64,000 nucleotides of DNA from Acidimicrobiales bacterium (lineage in GTDB: Bacteria; Actinomycetota; Acidimicrobiia; Acidimicrobiales; Bog-793), in assembly GCA_035534715.1 (NCBI GenBank), contig DATLRJ010000138.1, positions 37,266 to 101,265 of the forward strand, given 5' to 3'. Shown here piece by piece: positions 26,901 to 32,746 of this stretch. The notes beneath the pieces are model-generated. The model made no database searches, was not told the origin of the DNA, and worked only from the letters and a program-made list of their open reading frames with translations. Each line of letters begins with the position of its first letter. Positions within the stretch are counted from its first letter, which is position 1. The position numbers and the translations under genes are program-made.

Positions 26901-28395
26901 CCGCGAGGGAGTCGGCGAGCGACGTGTTCGAGGAGATCGCCCGCAGCCGGTCGATCTCCTCGAGGGCCTCCTCGGCGCGCCCGAGCGCGAGAAGGCAGTT
27001 CACGGACGTGCGGAGCGCGAGGCGCGCGGTCGAGGGGGCTGCCGCGACCTCGGCGGCCCTCCGGCAGTGCGCGAGCGCCTCCTCGAACCTCCCGTTCAGG
27101 ACGTACGAGCGGCCGAGGCTCGCGAGGCGCACCCCCCAGTCGAGCTCGGAGTCGCCGGCGAGATCGGCGAACGCGGTGCGGATGTTACGCGCGGCCTTGT
27201 CGCGCCCGGTGATGTGGGACTGGAGGTAGCCGCGATGGGTGATCCGGACGAGCGAGGTGAGCTCGCGGGCGAGCTCCCGCGTGCCGGCTCGCGCGACGAC
27301 GAGCTCGTGGAGCCGCCCCTCCCAGTGCCCGTACGCGCGGCGGAACAGCCGGCACGCAGGGTGGACGAAGGTCGATGCGGCCTCGTTGCCCTGCTGGTTC
27401 TCGATGTGCACGACGAACGCCTCGCGCTCGGCCGTCATCGCGGCGAGCGAGTCGCGCAGCCCCGCGGGATCGGGGCACACGAGCGACTCGTCCGCGTCGA
27501 CCCACAGGATCCACTGGCCGCGGCAGGCGGCGAGCGCGTCGTTGCGGGCGCGACCGAAGTCGTCGTCCCAGTATCCGGCGAGCACGCGCGCGCCGGCACG
27601 CGACGCGATCTCGACCGTCGCGTCGGTCGAGCCCGTGTCGTACACGACGATCTCGTCGGCGACGGCGGTGAGCGACTCGAGGCACCGGGGGAGCTCGAGC
27701 TCCTCGTCCTTCACGATCAGGCACGCGGTCACGAGCGGGAGGTCCGCGTCTCGCGGGTCGGGGCGCAGCGGCACGCCGCCGCGGTGGTGCACGTAGCACC
27801 GTTCGACGACGGCGAGGTGCAGCCCGAGCGCGCGAAGCGAGGTCGAGACGTGCGCCGGGTCGTAGCCGCGCGTCGCGACCGCCTCGAGACCGCCGACCGT
27901 CTCGAGACGGTCGCGACGGAGCGCGAGGCAGGGTCCTGCGAGCACGCCCGCCTCGGTCGGCTGGGTTTGCGAGGCCGCGAGGTCGCGTGCGAACTGCCGG
28001 CGCAGGCCGATCTCGTGCGGGCGGTACGGCACGCCGACCTGGAGCTCGTCGCCGTCCGCGAGGTTCGTGCGCGGCGCGACCGCGCCCAGCCTGTCGTCGT
28101 CGAGCGCGCCGACGAGCGCGTCGATCCATCCCGGTACGAGCTCGAGGCGATCCTCGACGAACACGACGGCCGGGCGCAGTTTCGGGGCCGCGGCGCCGGT
28201 GACCCGCGCGAGCGCGCCGCCGCGTGCCGGCCGGCGCCACGCGCCGGGGTCGTCGGGCCCCGGGCGCGCGCTCCCTACGACGAGGACGTTGTCGTGCGCG
28301 CCGAGGTCGGCCGCGACGTGTGCGAGGAAGGCCTTCGTCGCCTTGCGGTCGTCGCCGGCCACGACGCAGATCGTCGCCGCGATTGCTCGGCCCAT
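23959..28395 (-). CDS. 1478-aa multi-module glycosyltransferase: GT2-like + GT2 + TPR-like repeats + shared unknown module + GT-B-like + GT4
   Basis: Module 1 carries VVFVEDRLELVPGWIDAL...LRRDRLETVGGLE. Module 2 carries ACLIVKDEELELPRCLESL..EIVVYDTGSTDATVEIA..WILWVDADE. Helical repeats follow (RFEEALAHCRRAAEV, LGRAEEALEEIDRL, DQHDRALEHFGRV). The C-terminal GT4 carries YRGEGFGMPIAEAMASGLAVVVTD. The gene is divergent from fliC. Confidence 0.85.
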   Translation of the reverse strand: MGRAIAATICVVAGDDRKATKAFLAHVAADLGAHDNVLVVGSARPGPDDPGAWRRPARGGALARVTGAAAPKLRPAVVFVEDRLELVPGWIDALVGALDDDRLGAVAPRTNLADGDELQVGVPYRPHEIGLRRQFARDLAASQTQPTEAGVLAGPCLALRRDRLETVGGLEAVATRGYDPAHVSTSLRALGLHLAVVERCYVHHRGGVPLRPDPRDADLPLVTACLIVKDEELELPRCLESLTAVADEIVVYDTGSTDATVEIASRAGARVLAGYWDDDFGRARNDALAACRGQWILWVDADESLVCPDPAGLRDSLAAMTAEREAFVVHIENQQGNEAASTFVHPACRLFRRAYGHWEGRLHELVVARAGTRELARELTSLVRITHRGYLQSHITGRDKAARNIRTAFADLAGDSELDWGVRLASLGRSYVLNGRFEEALAHCRRAAEVAAAPSTARLALRTSVNCLLALGRAEEALEEIDRLRAISSNTSLADSLAGAAHLALDQHDRALEHFGRVRDAIDEDGFEYSRATVAVPEAQALVGLGRHGEAADALLGSIQESGGVDAHVGLLLECLDAAGRGPQEAYDAIGDRLQHFVPQLLQLQPAVADRTLDSWYERAPASTPVLAAATHVARRLDVSRQLVWSSRLRAAGLSSACPLVATSADSRIAPRDRVLAAAAACAVFGDPRARLTFTAAALALDTVDAATVATEVSAIAPALAARFERVRTAAADAAGAVAPPSASGPRVARSVLVVDRESCNPRAVGLALVLARAGHDVTLLAPDPSQASSAMLERRGVRLRGWTTSGLLSRAEDDKAARSSIARCAAERPFDTVLVTARAVSSVGAARAVLPTGAIAVDLASGGLDLPPGPPVDLLLGSSPRHASDVPYALVPAPDARVDAPGAGGDLASREGVIVLASSRCRSDAELSWYARSVGPALAAIATAHPVVICGDDPHDRLGAPVPSAVVAGAVADPTTWLRAARVAVVPFAEDAETWHALAAASGIPSIALGGAHDDLDAALASVRQLLEQDAPWTARVPDVAAARQADVGDPLAELPLVPPASPHAPAPGRPRVRVSGEVFSLASLSQMNRELLVALAARGEHDLSACTREHPPRRGDTTDAMRAITVEPAPPSRRVDLEIRHQWPPDFTPVRDGRLVVMQPWEFGGLPAEWIAPIRDVVDELWVPTNWVRECAIRSGVAPQHVHVVPYGVDVERFRPDGDVYPLRTGKRTKLLFVGGLIERKGIDALLETYLSSFAPSDDVCLVLKPFGSDSVYRTSSLERDVRAAVSGAGAEIEIVDGDLDFAEMAALYRSCDALVHPYRGEGFGMPIAEAMASGLAVVVTDGGAARDFCDERNAWLVAAREVPVRPGSWTLTDAGAWWLEPSRGELAAAMRAVVDNPDTARAKGARGRQRIVEAFTWQHAAERAAERIAAVLHASAASREPDAAPGSLVRGFDAATRGDAGPPAPQPERRLEVAG

Positions 28396-28484
28396 CCGTC
28401 CTCCCTCGCCGCTCCCGGGTGCGCGCGCCGGCTACGGCCGGTGACTGCGCTCGGAGGTCCCTTACGGCATCGCGGAAGAATCGT

Positions 28485-28512
28485 TCAAGTCCCGCCGCGC
28501 TCGCGCCGATAG
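28485..28512 (+). promoter_or_regulatory. sigma-28 (FliA/SigD/WhiG-type) promoter candidate for flagellin
   Basis: The sequence is TCAAGTCC (28485-28492), a 12-nt spacer, then GCCGATAG (28505-28512). The class consensus is TAAAGTTT-N11-GCCGATAA. The -10 element matches at 7 of 8 positions. It lies ~105 nt upstream of the fliC ATG. Confidence 0.5.
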
Positions 28513-28571
28513 ATCACTCGGTCCTCGAAACGGGGGCTCCCGGGCGCACCGAGCGTTCGGGACCAGCAACG

Positions 28572-28595
28572 ACGGCCCGCACGGACGCGGGCCGT
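28572..28595 (+). promoter_or_regulatory. fliC 5'-UTR hairpin presenting GGA in its loop
   Basis: A perfect 9-bp stem, acggcccgc / gcgggccgt, encloses the 6-nt loop acGGAc. A second GGA lies in the Shine-Dalgarno region ttGGAGaaacggATG (28607-28621). Confidence 0.55.
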
Positions 28596-28618
28596 ACTCA
28601 CGAGAATTGGAGAAACGG

Positions 28619-29452
28619 ATGTCTTCTCTCGTCGTGAACACGAACCTGTCTGCCATCGGCGCGTACAACAACTTGAACGCGACCGACACGCAGATGAGCA
28701 AGGCGATCCAGGAGCTGTCGTCGGGTCTTCAGATCCAGACGGCGGCCGACGGTCCCGCCGCGTACGTGCAGAGCCAGGCGCTCGAGTCCCAGGCGAACGG
28801 CTACCAGCAGGCGATCTCGAACGCGCAGGACGGCGTCTCGCTCGTCCAGACCGCGTCGGGCGCGCTGAACCAGATCTCGTCGATCCTCCAGACGATGGAC
28901 CAGTTGGCGGTCTCCTCGGCGAACGGCGCCACGAACGACGCGACGTCGCTCAGCGCCAACCAGCAGGAGTTCAAGAACCTCCAGTCGAGCATCGACCAGA
29001 TCGCGAGCACGACGAGCTACGGCACCACGAACCTGCTCGACGGCACGTTCTCGAACCAGACCCTCCAGGTCGGGGCGTTCGACTACACGAGCCAGCAGAT
29101 CACGCTCAGCATCGGTGGCGCGTCGACCGGCGCGCTCGGCGTCGCCAGCAGCTCGGCGTCCGTCGGCACCGCGCAGGCCGCCGCGAGCGCGATCGCACTC
29201 GTCCAGGCGGCGATCGCGTCGGTGGACTCCATCGAGGCGAACGTCGGTGCCATCCAGAACCAGCTCCAGGCCATCGCTGCGAACCTCACGGTCGGCCAGC
29301 AGAACCTGAGCGCTGCGAACAGCCAGCTCGTCGACGTGAACATGGCGCAGATGATGACGCAGTTCTCGACCGACCAGATCCTGATGCAGACGGGTACGGC
29401 GATGCTGTCCCAGGCGCAGCAGGCACCTGCTCTCGTCGAGAAGCTCATCTGA
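28619..29452 (+). CDS. fliC: flagellin (minimal D0/D1-type, 277 aa)
   Basis: I place the start at ATG 28619, after GGAG; the ORF track starts at TTG 28607. The N-terminus is MSSLVVNTNLSAIGAYNNLN...SSGLQIQTAADGPAAY. The C-terminus is SQLVDVNMAQMMTQFSTDQILMQTGTAMLSQAQQAPALVEKLI. Both are canonical flagellin termini. Confidence 0.95.
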   Translation: MSSLVVNTNLSAIGAYNNLNATDTQMSKAIQELSSGLQIQTAADGPAAYVQSQALESQANGYQQAISNAQDGVSLVQTASGALNQISSILQTMDQLAVSSANGATNDATSLSANQQEFKNLQSSIDQIASTTSYGTTNLLDGTFSNQTLQVGAFDYTSQQITLSIGGASTGALGVASSSASVGTAQAAASAIALVQAAIASVDSIEANVGAIQNQLQAIAANLTVGQQNLSAANSQLVDVNMAQMMTQFSTDQILMQTGTAMLSQAQQAPALVEKLI

Positions 29453-29464
29453 TCGACGTCTCGT

Positions 29465-29500
29465 GGCGCCCCGTAGGACCGACCGGTCCTGCGGGGCGCC
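29465..29500 (+). terminator. strong hairpin between fliC and fliD (terminator or attenuator)
   Basis: The structure is ggcgccccg-t-aggacc-gacc-ggtcct-g-cggggcgcc, a 16-bp stem including one U-G pair with a 4-nt loop. It starts 13 nt after the fliC stop. There is no U tract, as is common in high-GC genomes. Confidence 0.55.
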
Positions 29501-29530
29501 GAGGCGTCCGGCCGAAGTGGAGCGGGACTG

Positions 29531-32050
29531 ATGACCACGAGCGCAACGACAGCGACGGGTTCGAGCAACAACGCACCGCTGATCGTGAACGGCCTGATCT
29601 CGGGTATCAACACGACGTCGGTCATCAACGCACTTCTGCAGGCGTACCAGGCGCCGATCACGAACCTGAAGAACGAGCAGACGTCGCTCGGCGGAAAGGC
29701 CGGCGACTACGGCGTCGTGAACACCGACCTCCAGCGGCTCGTGACCGCTGCCCAGGCGCTCAGCACGAGCTCCTCCTGGAACCTCGCGACGGCGTCGACG
29801 TCCGACTCGAGCGTCGCGACCGCGACCGCGTCCCCGGGCGCGCAGCGCGGGACCACGACCTTCACGGTCGACCAGCTCGCGCAGGGCAACATCATCGCCT
29901 CCCAGGGGGGCGTCGCGTCCACCGGCACGGTCGTGACCTCCGCTGCGTCGCTGCTGCTCGCGACCGGCGGGGACGCGCTCGGACTGTCGAGCTTCTCCTC
30001 GACGGGAGCGCTCGCCCTCGGGAGCCACGTGATCGACGTGACCCAATCCTCGTCGGCCGGCACGGTCACGGGCGCGACGGCGCTGCCGGCGACGTCCACG
30101 ATCACCACGGGCTCGAACGACACGCTCGCCTTGTCGGTCAACGGGACCGCGTACACGCTCACGCTCGCGGCGGGGACGGCCGAGACGCCGACCGGCGTCG
30201 TCGCCGCGATCAACGCCGCCGCCACCGCGGCGGGCGCGGGTGTCACCGCGTCGCTCAGCTCCACCGGCGCGCTGCAGCTCGCGACGAACGAGCAGGGCAG
30301 CGCTGCGAGCCTCTCGGTGACCGGCGGCACCGCCCTCGCGACGCTCGGGCTGAGCTCGGGCCAGTCGGGAACCGGCACGGACGCCGTCGTGACCGTCGAC
30401 GGCACCTCGACGACCCTGTCCTCGATCACGCCGGGATCGACGGTGACCCTCGGTGCCCCCGCAGGTTCGATCGTCGCCACCGTCGCCTCCTCGCCGGGTG
30501 CGGGAGGCGCGCTGCTCAAGGCCGGCAGCGCGTCGGCCGACCTCGTGTCGACGGGCACCGGCAGCCTGTCCGACGTCGTGTCGGCGATCAACGGTGCGAA
30601 CCTCGGAATGACCGCGTCAGCGGTCCAGGACTCGGCGGGCACGTACCTGCTCCAGGTCGCCGCGAACGGCACCGGGCTCGCGGGCTCCGCGAGCGTGGAC
30701 GCGAGCGCGTTCGCCGGAGGCGCCCTCGGCTCGTTGAACACGATCTCGTCGGCGCAGGATGCGCTCGTGAACGTCGGCGGCACGGGCGGCTACCAGCTGA
30801 GCTCGTCGACGGACGTCTTCACGAACCTCCTCTCCGGAACCGCGGTGACCGTCGCGGCGACCGGGCACGCCACCGTGACCGTCGCACCGGACGCGTCGGG
30901 CGAGGCGACGCAGGTGAGCACGCTCGTCAGCAGCGCCAACCAGGTGCTCACGGACATCAACCAGGTCGCCGGGTACAACGCGGCGACGAAGACCGGCGGT
31001 CCGCTCATGGGTTCCGCGGTGCTCCAGGGCATCCAGCAGCAGATCCTGTCGATCTTCGCGAGCGCCGCGGGCGCGTCGGGCTTCGGCAACGCGCTGTCCG
31101 CGGGCATAAGCCTCACGTCGACGGGCTCGGTCACCTTCGACCAGACGAAGTTCGAGAGCGCGTTCAGCGCCAACCCGACGAAGGTCGCGGCGCTGTTCGC
31201 GCAGGGTGGCACGTTCGCTCCGACGTCGTCGGCCTACACGGGCTCCGTGAGCTTCGTGTACGCCAACGACTCGACCCAGAGCGGGACCTACGACGTGCAG
31301 GTGAGCCAGTCCGCGACCCAGGCGAGCGTCACCGGCGCGGCGCTCGCCTCGGGCGCGGTGAGCGCGGCCGAGACGCTCACGTTCGCGTCGGCCGGTGCGA
31401 CGGCCTCGTACACGACGACCGCGGGGGAGTCGCTCGCGACGATCGCCTCGGGTCTCGACCAGCAGTTTGCCGCGCAGGGTCTCGGCCTGTCCGCGTCGGT
31501 CGTCAACAGCGGGACCCAGCTGTCGGTGTCGAGTAACGCGTACGGGAGCGCCACGACCTTTACCGCCACCTCGACGAGCACGGCGGCGGGAACGACCGGA
31601 CTCGGCGGGGCAAAGGCCGGCACACCGACCACGTACTCCGGGACCGACGTCGCGGGCACGATCAACGGCGTCGCTTCGACGGGGTCGGGGCAGGTGCTCA
31701 CGGCCCCGTCGAGCGACCCGACGCTCGCGGGCATCTCGCTCATGGTCGCGGCGTCGGGCATCACGAGCCTCACGGACCTCGGGTCCTTCACGTACTCGCC
31801 CGGGCTAGCGCAGCAGCTCCAGACGCTCGCGAACACCGCGTCGAACCCGGTGAACGGCACGGTCACGACGACGATCTCGAGCCTGACGAACGAGTCGACG
31901 GGCCTCAACACGCAGATCGCGAACTACCAGTCGGTCGCGACGGCCCAGCAGACGCTCCTGCAGAACGAGTTCGCGAAGATGGAGACCGCGCTCGGGACGC
32001 TCAAGAACCAGGCTGCCGCGCTCGGCAGCCAGATCGCGCAGCTCCCGTGA
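29531..32050 (+). CDS. fliD: flagellar filament cap protein FliD (unusually long, 839 aa)
   Basis: The N-terminus LIVNGLISGINTTSVINALLQAYQAPITNLKNEQ and the C-terminus ISSLTNESTGLNTQIANYQSVATAQQTLLQNEFAKMETALGTLKNQ are FliD-type. The centre is S/T/G/A-rich. It sits between fliC and fliS. Confidence 0.85.
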   Translation: MTTSATTATGSSNNAPLIVNGLISGINTTSVINALLQAYQAPITNLKNEQTSLGGKAGDYGVVNTDLQRLVTAAQALSTSSSWNLATASTSDSSVATATASPGAQRGTTTFTVDQLAQGNIIASQGGVASTGTVVTSAASLLLATGGDALGLSSFSSTGALALGSHVIDVTQSSSAGTVTGATALPATSTITTGSNDTLALSVNGTAYTLTLAAGTAETPTGVVAAINAAATAAGAGVTASLSSTGALQLATNEQGSAASLSVTGGTALATLGLSSGQSGTGTDAVVTVDGTSTTLSSITPGSTVTLGAPAGSIVATVASSPGAGGALLKAGSASADLVSTGTGSLSDVVSAINGANLGMTASAVQDSAGTYLLQVAANGTGLAGSASVDASAFAGGALGSLNTISSAQDALVNVGGTGGYQLSSSTDVFTNLLSGTAVTVAATGHATVTVAPDASGEATQVSTLVSSANQVLTDINQVAGYNAATKTGGPLMGSAVLQGIQQQILSIFASAAGASGFGNALSAGISLTSTGSVTFDQTKFESAFSANPTKVAALFAQGGTFAPTSSAYTGSVSFVYANDSTQSGTYDVQVSQSATQASVTGAALASGAVSAAETLTFASAGATASYTTTAGESLATIASGLDQQFAAQGLGLSASVVNSGTQLSVSSNAYGSATTFTATSTSTAAGTTGLGGAKAGTPTTYSGTDVAGTINGVASTGSGQVLTAPSSDPTLAGISLMVAASGITSLTDLGSFTYSPGLAQQLQTLANTASNPVNGTVTTTISSLTNESTGLNTQIANYQSVATAQQTLLQNEFAKMETALGTLKNQAAALGSQIAQLP

Positions 32051-32451
32051 GCGTGGGGGCCACCGATCAGGACGAGTCGCTCCGCCGGTATCTCGCCGAC
32101 CAGGTCAGGACCGCGACGCCGGCCCAGCGGCTCGTCATGCTCTTCGATCAGCTCCGACGCGATCTCCACTGCGCCGCGGCCGCGTTCGAGGGTGGCACGT
32201 TGAAGGAGATCTCCGACAACCTCGTCCATGCGCAGCACGTCATCATCGCCCTGCGCGACCCCCTCGACACCGAGACCGAGCTCGGGCGCGCGCTCTCGGG
32301 CATCTACGGCTTCTGCCTCCAGCACCTCGTCACGGCCAACCTCACGAAGGACCCGTCGATGCTCCCCGACGTCCAGACGATCGTCGACCGCCTCGCCGAC
32401 GCCAATCGCGCGGCTGTCGCCTCGTTGCAGGTTCCCGCCAGTGTCGGCTGA
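32047..32451 (+). CDS. fliS: flagellin-specific chaperone FliS
   Basis: The protein is 134 aa from a GTG start (GTGA overlap with fliD). It carries LVMLFDQLRRDL...AQHVIIALRDPLD...LSGIYGFCLQHL, a FliS four-helix pattern. Confidence 0.88.
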   Translation: MSVGATDQDESLRRYLADQVRTATPAQRLVMLFDQLRRDLHCAAAAFEGGTLKEISDNLVHAQHVIIALRDPLDTETELGRALSGIYGFCLQHLVTANLTKDPSMLPDVQTIVDRLADANRAAVASLQVPASVG

Positions 32452-32746
32452 CGTCGGCCGCCGGCACCGCGCGTGGTCCGCCGCGCTCGACGCCGGCGAG
32501 CAGTGGGTCGCTAAGGCGCGCACGAGCCTCGAGTCCGGCGGTCCGATGCCGGGTGCGGGCCTCGTCGCGTTCCCTGAGGTGCCGCCGCCGGAGGAGCTCG
32601 CATCGCGCGCCCGGCTCCTGTCCGTCGCGCAGCGCGATCTCGAGATCGCCCTTCGCGAGCGGGTGGCGATCCTCGGCGCCGCGATGTGCGACGAGCCGGC
32701 CGCCACGCGCACCGCGATCGCGCTGTACTTCGACCGCTCAGCCTGA
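32441..32746 (+). CDS. small hypothetical protein downstream of fliS
   Basis: The protein is 101 aa from GTG 32441, overlapping fliS by 11 nt. It looks helical (LLSVAQRDLEIALRERVAILGAAM). I recognised no family. Its position suggests a flagellar accessory or chaperone role. Confidence 0.4.
   Translation: MSADVGRRHRAWSAALDAGEQWVAKARTSLESGGPMPGAGLVAFPEVPPPEELASRARLLSVAQRDLEIALRERVAILGAAMCDEPAATRTAIALYFDRSA

Noticed and set aside
2431-28395. Treating the glycosylation island as a mobile genomic island.
   Set aside because: I recognised no integrase, transposase, tRNA attachment site, flanking direct repeats or obvious compositional shift.
24088-28512. A 1474-aa ORF on the plus strand, the second-longest ORF in the window.
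   Set aside because: It is exactly antisense to the 1478-aa glycosyltransferase gene. Its translation is Arg/Gly/Asp/Glu low-complexity sequence with no recognisable motif, whereas the minus-strand frame carries several clear GT motifs. This is the typical stop-codon-poor antisense frame of GC-rich DNA.
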